From: Sedimentisphaerales bacterium
Lineage (GTDB): Bacteria; Planctomycetota; Phycisphaerae; Sedimentisphaerales; SM23-30
Strand: one strand, 5' to 3'
DNA: 64,000 bases
NCBI GenBank assembly: GCA_963666285.1
Contig: OY762711.1
Positions 1 to 9,895 of this stretch are shown in pieces; position 1 is the first letter of the stretch, and each line of letters begins with the position of its first letter. Below the pieces are notes generated by a model that had not been told where the DNA came from, made no database searches, and was given only the letters and a program-made list of their open reading frames with translations. The translations under genes were made by a program, and so were the position numbers.

Positions 1-293
1 ATCGCCAGTGAGCCGTCACGAAGCTGCTCAATGCATTGCGGTTCGGAGCCCAGTGTGCTGCTCGGATATATACTTATTTTCATCTTACCGCCCGAGATCT
101 CTTCCAGCTGCTTGCCCATATATTCCATTGCAATATGGACTGGGTGGTTGGTGTCCAGGCTGTGGCCCAGTTTAAGGACCTTGGCATCTGAGCCCAGGCT
201 TCCGGCATTCCTTACATAAAGGGCAAAACCGCCTGCTGTTACTATCGCACCGATCAGGAGACCGCAAAAAAAGAATGATAATGAATGTTTCAT
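1..293 (-). CDS. dctP: TRAP transporter substrate-binding protein, DctP family (partial, runs off the window start)
   Basis: Not in the ORF track. Manual translation from CAT at 291-293 gives MKHSLSFFFCGLLIGAIVTAGG...VLKLGHSLDTNHPVHIAMEYMGKQLEEISGGKMKISIYPSSTLGSEPQCIEQLRDGSL, a typical DctP N-terminus. Confidence 0.85.
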   Translation of the reverse strand, partial: MKHSLSFFFCGLLIGAIVTAGGFALYVRNAGSLGSDAKVLKLGHSLDTNHPVHIAMEYMGKQLEEISGGKMKISIYPSSTLGSEPQCIEQLRDGSLA

Positions 294-714
294 AGTATTA
301 TTTAACCTTTCAAACAAATTTATTGATTAGAAAGCTGTGATCCTGAATTACTGATTTTAATATATCTTTATTACTTATTCAAGTTCCTTATATGAATAAA
401 CAGTTGGTTATTGTGCAATTATTTTTTTCTTTTAAAAGTATTTTTTTGCCTTAACTATATGATTTGCAGTTAGTTAATATGAATTGCTCGATGTGGTTTA
501 TGTCTGTATTGGTCAATAAGTGTATTTTGGTGTAGTGAAATGTTCACTTTGAACAATAATTGTTGTTGTTTAGGCCTTTGGGGTGGTTCGGCATGCTCAA
601 AGGCATTATTTTTGTTGTAATATTTTCACTGATGTGTTAATTTTAATATTGGTCCTTGTGGCGGCTGTTGCTTGAAAAGAAATTTTGTGCTTATTTTCAT
701 TCTGGAGATTAGTT

Positions 715-1602
715 ATGAAAAAGGTGTCTGTAAATTGGGTTTTGAGTGTTGTTTTAGGTCTGTTTATCTTTTCTGGTTCCGGGTTGGCTGATATTTCATT
801 ACGTTTGGATTATGGCGATGGTGACTGGCAGGAAGTTGGTCCTTTTGCTGCATTTTTTCCTGATTTACCTAAATTGGGAATATATAGTGATAGTGATCAG
901 GAATGGTCAGGCAAAATTAACGGCAGATTAATAAATGGCAGATTAGCAAATTCTGATGATGGTGTTTTTTACGTTACAGGTTCAATATCTGAGTTAGATC
1001 CATTAGGTTCAGGATATAGATTGTCTGGTAATTCACACAGTTCCTTTTCGCTTAACAATGGTATTAATTTTACGATGGATTTTGATAGTGGTGAAGGTAT
1101 TTATATAGATCATATTTTACTTTATGACGATTCTTCTATTTTTAATGTTCCAGTAGACACTCTCAGGGTTTGGAATGCTGGTTCACCTGGATATGATGAT
1201 GCGGAACTAAATGCTAATGCTGGCGATGGATATCTACTTCTCGAAGGTGGCTCTGTAACCTTTAATGCTAGTGCTTCTACTGTTACCTATTGGGAAGAGT
1301 CTTGGGATCCTGACTATGAGCCTTCTTCATGGACTGATAACATCACTTCTGATTTCTTCAAAGATATCTATTGGAGTATAAATGGTGTAAATGTTGCGTA
1401 TGGCCTTACCCCAGAGCTTTCTTATGATACTTTGATGCAGGGATTAAACCTTACTCCCGGCACATATGATCTCAAAATGGAAATAGATGGCATGGAAGGT
1501 TATGACTATGATATTACCACTATCGAAATCATTCCCGAACCAATTTCATTTGCCATAATGATTGGTGGTGGAGCATTAATGTTAAAAAGAAGAGTAAGGT
1601 AA
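715..1602 (+). CDS. PEP-CTERM sorting-domain secreted protein
   Basis: Signal peptide from ATG 715 (GGAG upstream); C-terminus IPEP + hydrophobic helix + KRRVR. Confidence 0.85.
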   Translation: MKKVSVNWVLSVVLGLFIFSGSGLADISLRLDYGDGDWQEVGPFAAFFPDLPKLGIYSDSDQEWSGKINGRLINGRLANSDDGVFYVTGSISELDPLGSGYRLSGNSHSSFSLNNGINFTMDFDSGEGIYIDHILLYDDSSIFNVPVDTLRVWNAGSPGYDDAELNANAGDGYLLLEGGSVTFNASASTVTYWEESWDPDYEPSSWTDNITSDFFKDIYWSINGVNVAYGLTPELSYDTLMQGLNLTPGTYDLKMEIDGMEGYDYDITTIEIIPEPISFAIMIGGGALMLKRRVR

Positions 1603-1633
1603 CACGTATTTATATTACCATCATTTAATTAGC

Positions 1634-1714
1634 TTGCCGCTTTGCGGCAAACCTTCCCTAATACCAAATAAATAATACCTAATACCTCTCAAACTGGCCA
1701 TCGGTCAGTTTGAG
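1634..1714. repeat. REP-like hairpins and 7-bp (AATACCT) repeats between convergent genes
   Basis: Hairpin TTGCCGC-ttt-GCGGCAA at 1634-1650; repeated aatacct; hairpin CTCAAACTGGCCATCGGTCAGTTTGAG at 1688-1714, with a near-identical copy at 22635-22661. Confidence 0.6.
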
Positions 1715-1728
1715 TTATGTCTTGTTAC

Positions 1729-3414
1729 TTATTTCGTTTTTGGCTCTTGCTGCCGAAACTTGAATATTTCTATCGTATCAACCGAAAATACTTCCTTTTC
1801 CTGCTTGTCATTACGCACCATCGGGTAGCAATCCTTACTGACAAACTCGTATTTTTCACTCATATCGGCAAACCACTGCTCAAATTTATTCTGATCAAAA
1901 TCGTCTTTTGCCTGGTCCTTAAAACCTTTGCGATACAAAACAAAATATTCATATCCCTGCCCATCTTCCGGCAGATATTCCGGAAACGGCTTCCGAACCA
2001 TATCGGTTGGCTTATAGATATACTTATTCGCCAGGTACATTGCCGACCAGCTCAGGTCCGACCATGTCTTTTCAGAAAACGAGACACCAAGGTCATCTTT
2101 TATGCAGCATGCTTCCGATGCGAAGTTGCTGTTATACCAGAACCATCTCGAAAAGCTTCTCATGCGTTCGTCAGCACTGTTTTTATAAGGATGGATTATG
2201 TCATTTGCCGATGTTGCAATCGCTATCAGCGACAAGCCGCCCAATACCAGGCATACCACTGTTTTGGTATTCTTTTCTGTTGCTCTCCCGGCATGACTGT
2301 TCAGCATTACCGCCGCTCCAATACCAATTACAATGTTTAGCATCGGGGCAAAATACATCGAAAACTTTACATGCCCGCCATATGGAAACTTACCCATAAA
2401 TGCCGCCGCCATATTCATGCCCAGCGGAAACAGCAGCAGGGCGGCAATCTGCCATCTGCCACGTTTGAATAATGCCCATATCCCCGTGATCATTAGGATA
2501 GCCGTTGCACTGCTGCCATAGTTTTCTCCTCCGACAGGATGCCCGAATGTTGAACCGGTATGGGTAGTTATAAACCATTTTACCAACTGAATTGGGTTCG
2601 TCAGTGATGGAAATGTATCTTTCCAGCTGTTGGCCATATACCCGATTTCGGCCTCCTGCTGAGCCTTGGTTGACAGGATAAACATCAGTATAAACGACAA
2701 TCCAAATATCAGGTTAAATATCACCCAGTAAATTAAAGGGGTCCGTCCCCTTTTTTCTTTCACTATCACTATCAGCAGCAGTAAACTTAATCCGCTCGCT
2801 GTAAATAGCATCGGAAACGACATCCATATTGCTATCGGAACCCACAGTATCATCCCAACCAGCCATTTCATATTATTCGGCTGTCGCAGCCATTCAATTG
2901 CCAAAACTACCATTACCAGCGAGACAAACATATCTGTTCCATAGGTCTTGAATTCTGCCGCATATCGTATATTCGGATATGATACCGCAAAAAACGCCAA
3001 CGCAAACACTCTTGCCGATCCGCTCAGCAGTCTCTTGCATATATGCCAGAACAAAAACATACTCGCTATCGAGCTCAAAAATGCCGGCAGCCGCAGCGAT
3101 AGCTCGTTAAATCCAAACACCTGGCTGCAAGCCTTGCCCAGCCAAAAATATAATACAGGTGCCACCTGGTGATAGTTTAGCGGCTGCAGCAGCTCCATAT
3201 AACTCCGCTTAAATACATTCACCGCGATAAAGCATTCATCCTCCCACAGCGGAAACATAAGGAAATATCGCACACATCTTGCCGCAATCCCGACTATAAA
3301 AAAGAATAGTATCCACTTGTCCATCGACTTCATTGCCGGGTTTTTATCCAGCTGTTCGGTCAGGTAGAGCGGATTATTAAAGATTTCCAGTGAGCTGTTT
3401 TTCTCAGCTTGCAT
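1729..3414 (-). CDS. Glycosyltransferase family 39 / ArnT-PMT-like polytopic membrane protein
   Basis: LWEDE motif after the first TM helix, 'ELSLRLPAF', 'YAAEFKTYG', many TM segments. Confidence 0.75.
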   Translation of the reverse strand: MQAEKNSSLEIFNNPLYLTEQLDKNPAMKSMDKWILFFFIVGIAARCVRYFLMFPLWEDECFIAVNVFKRSYMELLQPLNYHQVAPVLYFWLGKACSQVFGFNELSLRLPAFLSSIASMFLFWHICKRLLSGSARVFALAFFAVSYPNIRYAAEFKTYGTDMFVSLVMVVLAIEWLRQPNNMKWLVGMILWVPIAIWMSFPMLFTASGLSLLLLIVIVKEKRGRTPLIYWVIFNLIFGLSFILMFILSTKAQQEAEIGYMANSWKDTFPSLTNPIQLVKWFITTHTGSTFGHPVGGENYGSSATAILMITGIWALFKRGRWQIAALLLFPLGMNMAAAFMGKFPYGGHVKFSMYFAPMLNIVIGIGAAVMLNSHAGRATEKNTKTVVCLVLGGLSLIAIATSANDIIHPYKNSADERMRSFSRWFWYNSNFASEACCIKDDLGVSFSEKTWSDLSWSAMYLANKYIYKPTDMVRKPFPEYLPEDGQGYEYFVLYRKGFKDQAKDDFDQNKFEQWFADMSEKYEFVSKDCYPMVRNDKQEKEVFSVDTIEIFKFRQQEPKTK

Positions 3415-3621
3415 ATATATACTCCAGCCTTAACAGGTCAAATTTGTGTATCTGTAGTAAGTATAATAGTTTATGCAAAAGCTCCTCTTTGTCAATCGAA
3501 AATAAATCATTGTCCTCTCGTAAGTTAGCTTACATTTATATTTGAGTTTGGATGCTTGTTAAGGTACTATTACTGAAAGTGTAATGAATTGCCATTGTGT
3601 GTATTTTAGGGGTGATATCAC

Positions 3622-5136
3622 ATGAAGATCAAAGTTAAGAAATGGTATATCTTAGTTACTGTTTTAATATTAGCGATTGTATGCTTCTTTGTCAATGGGT
3701 GTAAAATTGATCCTAAACTTCAGGATGAGTTTTTTAGGACGGGCTTGAATCCTGAGATCAAATCAGAATTATTTGAATTCCAAAATCTTATACCTGGGAT
3801 TATGAAAGAGCGTAAAGTTCCCGGCTCTGCATTGGCTGTTGTTGACAGCGACGGTATAATCTGGTCCGCCACGTTTGGCTTTACTGATTATGACAAAAAT
3901 ACGCCGGTTACACGGGATACTATCTTCAGCATCCAGTCGATGTCAAAAACTTTTACTGCTTCTGCTGTTATGCTGGCTGTTCAGGATGGTCTCGTTGACC
4001 TCGATATTCCTATCAGCCAATATCTTCCCGGTTTCAAAATCAATAGCCGTTACGAACAGCATCCTGAAGATGTGATAACATTGCGACATTTATTAAGCCA
4101 TACCGCCGGGTTTATTCACGAGGCTCCGGTTGGTAACAACATAGATGCTTCCTGTCCATCTTTTAACGATCATATTAAAAGCATATCTGATACCTGGCTT
4201 CAATGCAAAGTAGGTGAAAGCTGGCACTATTCAAATCTTGGCATTGATCTGGCTGCTTATATATTACAGGTAAAATCAGGCAAGCCAATCACTGAATATA
4301 TGAAAGAGAAAATATTCGATCCGCTGGAAATGGACAATAGTTCTGTTGACCTTGATTTTATCAGGAATCATCCCAATCGTGCTATTGGCCATCGAGAGTA
4401 TTTTAAACAGCTGGAATTAATACCTATGCTGGGAGCAGGAGGTGTCTATACCAATGCAAATGACCTCGCCGAATTCATCCGGTTTTTCCTGAACAATGGC
4501 AGAGTAAATGGCCATACCATCCTGAAAGATTCATCTCTGGAAATCATGTATGCACCCTTGACAAATAAAAATGATATGGGAACTGGTGTTTATATTGTTA
4601 AAAGTGGAAATGGCTCTGTTTATATCAATCATGGTGGCGGCGGGTTTGGCTTTTCTACTTTTATGATCTGGTATCCGGAATATGGTATTGGCGGTTTGGT
4701 ATTAACCAACTCTGAAAGTGGCCTTCAGCTATTCAATATTATCGAAGAATTGATCCGGAAAAAGCTGATCGAAAAGAAGTCAGATTTTATTCTGCCTGCT
4801 TCCTGGGACCCAAAGGTCAAAAATGTAGTTTTACCGGAAAATACTAAGCCTGAGCCTGACAATTTTACCGCTTATAAACCTCAGTGGAAAAAATATACCG
4901 GAACATACAAATACATCATTGGCGGCAATAAACTTCATAATTATGCTTCTATTGCTCTGGCTCTGGGGTATCCCGTACCTGAATTGGAAGTCAAAATATA
5001 TGAAAGAGACGGCTTTCTGGAAGTAAATGGTCGGCGGCTGGATGAATATCTCCCTGGCGTGTTTTTCACTTATGATGGTGAGTGCCTTGATTTTTCAGGA
5101 GATACTCCTCTTTGGAACGGTCTTAAGATAGAATAA
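3622..5136 (+). CDS. Serine hydrolase, beta-lactamase/AmpC-like family
   Basis: SxxK (SMSK), LLSHTAG, YSN and HGGG motifs; N-terminal signal. Confidence 0.85.
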   Translation: MKIKVKKWYILVTVLILAIVCFFVNGCKIDPKLQDEFFRTGLNPEIKSELFEFQNLIPGIMKERKVPGSALAVVDSDGIIWSATFGFTDYDKNTPVTRDTIFSIQSMSKTFTASAVMLAVQDGLVDLDIPISQYLPGFKINSRYEQHPEDVITLRHLLSHTAGFIHEAPVGNNIDASCPSFNDHIKSISDTWLQCKVGESWHYSNLGIDLAAYILQVKSGKPITEYMKEKIFDPLEMDNSSVDLDFIRNHPNRAIGHREYFKQLELIPMLGAGGVYTNANDLAEFIRFFLNNGRVNGHTILKDSSLEIMYAPLTNKNDMGTGVYIVKSGNGSVYINHGGGGFGFSTFMIWYPEYGIGGLVLTNSESGLQLFNIIEELIRKKLIEKKSDFILPASWDPKVKNVVLPENTKPEPDNFTAYKPQWKKYTGTYKYIIGGNKLHNYASIALALGYPVPELEVKIYERDGFLEVNGRRLDEYLPGVFFTYDGECLDFSGDTPLWNGLKIE

Positions 5137-5227
5137 ATGGATTTGGTTGGGTGTATGGTATGTCCAGATGCTGAGCCTGTAGATATATTTTCTTGTGTTT
5201 GGCCTTTGTTCGGGTTATTATTATGCC

Positions 5228-6277
5228 ATGGCATTAGAAAGAATAATTGACCCGGAAAACCGCGAAACTGGCGAAGAGAAATACGACTTGGCTCTCAGAC
5301 CCAAGCTCATCAAGGAGTGTATCGGTCAGGAAAAGCTTATCGAAAAGATCATGATCGCTCTTACCGCTGCCCGGCAGCGTCAGGAGCCGATGGAACATAC
5401 CCTTCTCCATGGCCCGCCCGGGCTCGGCAAGACTACTATTGCCCATGTTATCGCAAATGAGATGGGTACTGCTCTCAAAACTACCAGCGGCCCGGCATTA
5501 ACCCGTCCCGGCGACCTCATGGGGATACTTACCAACCTGCAGCGGGGCGATGTGCTCTTTATCGATGAGATTCACCGCCTGCCCGCTACTGTAGAAGAAT
5601 TTATCTACCCGGCAATGGAGGATTTCCGCGTCGATTTTACCGTCGATTCTGGAATGCACGCCAAGACTATCAATATTCCGCTCCAGCCGTTTACACTTAT
5701 TGGTGCTACCACTCGAGCCGGGCTTATTTCCGCTCCTATGCGTGCCCGTTTCGGCATACAGCATCATCTGGAGTTTTGGTCTCAGGATGACTTGGTCAAA
5801 TGTCTTAACCGGTCTGCTAATATGATGCAGATGGATTTCAAAGATGAATCGCTTGGTATTATTGCCGGTTGCAGCCGTGGTACTCCTCGTATTGCCAACC
5901 GTCTGCTACGCAGGGTGCGAGACTATAGCCAGGTTCATTGCGGTGGAAAGGTAACCGCTGACGCGGCCAATCATACCCTTAGAATCGAAGAAATCGATGA
6001 GATGGGGCTGGATAATCTGGATAGGGCCTACCTTAGTACACTTATCGGCACGTATAGCGGCGGTCCTGCGGGCATCGAAGCTATTGCCGCTACACTCGGC
6101 GAGGAACGCGATACTCTCGAAGATGTTGTTGAACCGTATCTGCTCCAGCAGGGGTTTGTCGCCCGCACCCGGCAGGGACGTATGGCTACCGAAGCTGCTT
6201 ATAAACACTTGAATATGCCTTATGATGGTAAGCTCGGCAAAGATAAAGCTAATTCACAGCCGAATCTTTTCGATTAG
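5228..6277 (+). CDS. ruvB: Holliday junction branch migration helicase RuvB
   Basis: LRPK, GPPGLGKTT, LFIDEIHRL, GATTRAG, RGTPRIANRLLRRVRDY, EPYLLQQG. Confidence 0.97.
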   Translation: MALERIIDPENRETGEEKYDLALRPKLIKECIGQEKLIEKIMIALTAARQRQEPMEHTLLHGPPGLGKTTIAHVIANEMGTALKTTSGPALTRPGDLMGILTNLQRGDVLFIDEIHRLPATVEEFIYPAMEDFRVDFTVDSGMHAKTINIPLQPFTLIGATTRAGLISAPMRARFGIQHHLEFWSQDDLVKCLNRSANMMQMDFKDESLGIIAGCSRGTPRIANRLLRRVRDYSQVHCGGKVTADAANHTLRIEEIDEMGLDNLDRAYLSTLIGTYSGGPAGIEAIAATLGEERDTLEDVVEPYLLQQGFVARTRQGRMATEAAYKHLNMPYDGKLGKDKANSQPNLFD

Positions 6278-6339
6278 GGTTTTGTAGTGATAGTACAAAA
6301 GTTATCGAAAATGTTAGTATATTTGGATTCTGTTATTTG

Positions 6340-7187
6340 ATGGAAAATAATTCAGAAATAGTCATATACCAAAACCATGAAGGTGATATTCGGATAGATG
6401 TACATCTTATAGACGATACTGTTTGGCTATCGCAGGCAGGTATGGCTACATTGTTTCAAACTTCAGTTCCAAACATAAGTATGCATATTAGAAATATTTA
6501 TGAGGAAGGGGAGCTGGAACAGGTTTCAACTGTTAAGAAATTCTTAATAGTTCGAAATGAAGGAGATAGAAGTGTTAAACGGGAGATAGAACATTACAAC
6601 CTTGATGTGATTATCTCTGTTGGATATAGAATTAAAAGTAAGATTGCAACTCAATTTAGAATTTGGGCAACTCAAACCTTAAAAGAGTATATTGTAAAAG
6701 GGTTTGTCTTAAACGATGATCGTTTCAAATCTGGTAATTCGATGAATTATTTTAACGAATTACAGGAACGAATTCGAGAAATTAGATTATCGGAACGATT
6801 CTTTTATCAGAAAATAAAGGATATTTATACTACTAGTATAGATTATGACCCTAATGATGAAAAAACTATCTTAATGAAAATGAAATTAAGTTGCTTGGGC
6901 TGCTTGTTGAACAATATTTGGCCTTTGCTGAAACAATGGCACAGCAGCATACCCCAATGTATATGGATGATTGGATTAAACGCCTGGATTCTATTATTCA
7001 GCTTAATGGCAAAGAATTGCTTCATCATGCTGGAAAGATTTCCCATAAAATGGCATTAGATAAATCTGCAACTGAATATGATAAATATAAAGAATTGCAG
7101 ATAAAAGAACAATGTGAACAAAGTCTGGCTGAGTTAGTTGAAGACATACAACGTTTGTCGAAAAAAGCAGAAAAGAAAGAGGGCTAA
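6340..7187 (+). pseudogene. RhuM-family protein, split by an internal deletion/frameshift
   Basis: The N-part (HYNLDVIISVGYRIKSKIATQFRIWAT, IREIRLSERFFYQKIKDIY) and the C-part (KNYLNENEIKLLGLLVEQYLAFAE...HAGKISH) are in different frames; junction at ~6861-6869. Confidence 0.8.
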
Positions 7188-8463
7188 GTGTTTGCCGGCT
7201 AATACTAATAAAACCGCATATAAGAAACCAAAATATAAACCGCTCAAAAACAAACGCGGGTTTGACCTGTTTACCTTCAAGCTTACCCAGGAAGGAATGG
7301 TTATTACCGGTGCTGTTAGTGTAGTTGCTGGTTTTGTCACTATGTCACCGGCTTATCATCTCCTGGTATCTCTTTTCTGTGCCTACCTCGTAATATATTT
7401 TGTCGGAGGATGGTATACTCCGAAACTTGATATTAAAGGGCGGTTACCCGACCGGCTGGAGGCCGGCAGAGAAATAAAAGTCCGGTATGAATTAACTAAC
7501 CTGAAAAAACGATCTGCCTATGATGTTGCTGTCGGGCTTTTTCACTTGCCTGCCCAATTGAGACAGACCAAAACGAATGATGTTATCTCGTGTATCAAAA
7601 CAGGTGAAACTGTTACTTACGATCTTGAACTGAAACCTCTTCGCCGCGGCATGTACGAGATTTTCGGACCGAGATATTTTTCTACTTTCCCCTTTAATCT
7701 GTTCAGAAACGGACCGACCAACAAGCGTGAAATTTCGATGCTGGTTATTCCATCATATCATCCAATCGGTACACTCCAGCTTTCTAAAGATAGCCGCTAT
7801 TGCCCTGGTGGTGTCACCAGTGCCTCGAATGTTGGTGAGTCGCCCGAATATATCGGCAACAGGGAATTCCGGTCTGGTGATTCGCCTCGAAGGATAGACT
7901 GTCGTGCCTGGGCCAGGCTTGGTTCGCCTGCCATCAAGGAATACAATGAAGAATATTTCTGTCATGTTGCTTTGATTCTTGATACTCAGATCAGCGAAGA
8001 CGTTAAGCCCGGCCCCGAAGGTTATCCAAACTTTGAAGCTGCTGTCAGCCTTACTGCTTCGCTTGTTGATTCGATATCAAAAAGTGAAGATGTAATAGAT
8101 GTCTTTGCTGCCGGTTCTGAACTTTATATCTTCCGTGCCGGCAGAAATACCGCCCAGTTTGATAACCTGCTGGAAGTTTTTGCTTGCCTGGAACATTCTA
8201 AATCCGATCCTTTCGGTAGTATCTCATCTACCCTTGTTCAGGAGCTGGAAAACACCTCTTCGGCGATCTTTGTCCTGCTGGATTGGGATGATTCACGAGA
8301 GATACTTGTCAAACAGGCATTAGAGCACGGTTGTGTCGTCAAAATTATTTTGATCGGCAACGGTAAATACACCAAAGATTATCGTAGTAATTCGGAGTTG
8401 GCTGTTGCTACTTATGATATTACCCCTGAAATGGTCAAGGAAGGAAGAGTTTGTTTCTCATAA
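7138..8463 (+). CDS. DUF58-domain protein (MoxR/vWA-associated type); start uncertain
   Basis: N-terminal TM pair, 'RRGMYEI...STFPFNLF', 'EYIGNREFRSGDSPRRIDCRAWARLG', 'ILDT', 'FEAAVSLTAS'. Confidence 0.85.
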   Translation: MKTYNVCRKKQKRKRAKCLPANTNKTAYKKPKYKPLKNKRGFDLFTFKLTQEGMVITGAVSVVAGFVTMSPAYHLLVSLFCAYLVIYFVGGWYTPKLDIKGRLPDRLEAGREIKVRYELTNLKKRSAYDVAVGLFHLPAQLRQTKTNDVISCIKTGETVTYDLELKPLRRGMYEIFGPRYFSTFPFNLFRNGPTNKREISMLVIPSYHPIGTLQLSKDSRYCPGGVTSASNVGESPEYIGNREFRSGDSPRRIDCRAWARLGSPAIKEYNEEYFCHVALILDTQISEDVKPGPEGYPNFEAAVSLTASLVDSISKSEDVIDVFAAGSELYIFRAGRNTAQFDNLLEVFACLEHSKSDPFGSISSTLVQELENTSSAIFVLLDWDDSREILVKQALEHGCVVKIILIGNGKYTKDYRSNSELAVATYDITPEMVKEGRVCFS

Positions 8464-8472
8464 ATAAATACT

Positions 8473-9141
8473 ATGGAATTCTTTTGGCTTAATAGACAAG
8501 ATAATAAGGAGCTTATTTTATTCTTTAACGGGTGGGGCATGGACCAGCACCCGGTACAGCATATCGAATGCAGCTCTTATGATGTTCTTGAATTCCATGA
8601 TTATTCGTCTCAGGAACTTTCTCTTGATCTTCCTGAACTGGTAAAAACTTACGATAGCGTTTCACTCATCGCCTGGTCGCTGGGTGTCTGGGCTGCCGCC
8701 GAGTTTTTATCTGGTCGTAAGATGAATATTTCTCGGGGTATCGCCATTAACGGGACAACAGAGCCTGTCAGTATTAAATACGGTATTTCACCGAATGTCT
8801 TTCAGGGTACTATTGACAATTGGTCTGATACTGCTCGCGGTTCTTTCAATCGCCGTATGTGTAAAGATAAAAATATATTGGATTTCTTTACTGACAATTA
8901 TCCTGACCGCTCGGCCGTAAGCCAGAAAGAGGAGCTCGTTTCGCTTCAATCCAGAATCGAATCGTCCAATATTGAGCCTTCATTTTTTGATACCGCCGTA
9001 ATAGGTATCAAAGACAAAATATTTCCTTCTGACAGCCAGCAGGCTTTCTGGAAAAAGCATTCTGTATATGCTCAGCTTGTACCGGCTCCTCATTATTTCT
9101 TTAATGATATTATTGACTGGAGGGTAATACTTGGTTTATGA
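8473..9141 (+). CDS. bioG: DUF452 family pimeloyl-ACP methyl ester esterase (BioG-like)
   Basis: LILFFNGWGMD, AWSLGVW (nucleophile Ser), AINGT, DKIFP, PHY; lies directly upstream of bioC. Confidence 0.8.
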   Translation: MEFFWLNRQDNKELILFFNGWGMDQHPVQHIECSSYDVLEFHDYSSQELSLDLPELVKTYDSVSLIAWSLGVWAAAEFLSGRKMNISRGIAINGTTEPVSIKYGISPNVFQGTIDNWSDTARGSFNRRMCKDKNILDFFTDNYPDRSAVSQKEELVSLQSRIESSNIEPSFFDTAVIGIKDKIFPSDSQQAFWKKHSVYAQLVPAPHYFFNDIIDWRVILGL

Positions 9142-9895
9142 CAAACCGGACAAGTTATTGATCAGGCAGCGATTTGCCCGCAGCCTGAAAACTTATACTG
9201 ATAATGCCTCGGTGCAGCATCAGATTGCTGACCGGCTGATTTCTGAACTTATAGAGGCTGCCGGCCATTATTTTCCTCGTATTATGGAAATTGGTTGCGG
9301 TTCTGGACTTTTTACCCGGCTTATAAATGATAAGCTCCGGTTCGAGAGGCTCTTTTTAAATGACCTTGTCGATGACTGTCGGTTTGTTGCCGATACCGTT
9401 CCTGCCGGTGAATTTATTAGTGGTGATATTGAAACTATCGATTCATTACCCCAGGATATCAACCTGGTTGTTTCCAATGCTGTCTTCCAGTGGTTCCATG
9501 ATATGCCTGCCACTCTCAGCAGGCTGGCAGCAGTTATGCAGCCGGGGGCTATGCTGGCATTTTCAACCTTCGGGCCTGACAATCTGTCTGAAGTCTCCAG
9601 TATAACTGGTTCTTCCCTTGAATATATGCCTCTGTACGAACTCAAGGAAATACTCTCTGATAACTTTGAAGTTATTACCTGTTATGAAAAATGGTATTTC
9701 CTGGAATTTCAATCACCGGTAGACGTGCTCAAGCATCTCAAGCAGACTGGTGTAACCGCAATCTCAAACCAAAGCTGGACCAAAAGTGATATGGCCGCCT
9801 TTTGTGATGAATATAATAGTAAATTTAACACTGAAAATGGTGTTGTTTTAAGTTATCACCCTGTTATTGTTGTGGCGCTAAAAAAGGAGTTATAA
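9131..9895 (+). CDS. bioC: Malonyl-ACP O-methyltransferase BioC
   Basis: IRQRFARSLKTY...QHQIA, EIGCGSG, SNAVFQW, FSTFGPDNL, HLKQTGV. Confidence 0.9.
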   Translation: MVYDKPDKLLIRQRFARSLKTYTDNASVQHQIADRLISELIEAAGHYFPRIMEIGCGSGLFTRLINDKLRFERLFLNDLVDDCRFVADTVPAGEFISGDIETIDSLPQDINLVVSNAVFQWFHDMPATLSRLAAVMQPGAMLAFSTFGPDNLSEVSSITGSSLEYMPLYELKEILSDNFEVITCYEKWYFLEFQSPVDVLKHLKQTGVTAISNQSWTKSDMAAFCDEYNSKFNTENGVVLSYHPVIVVALKKEL

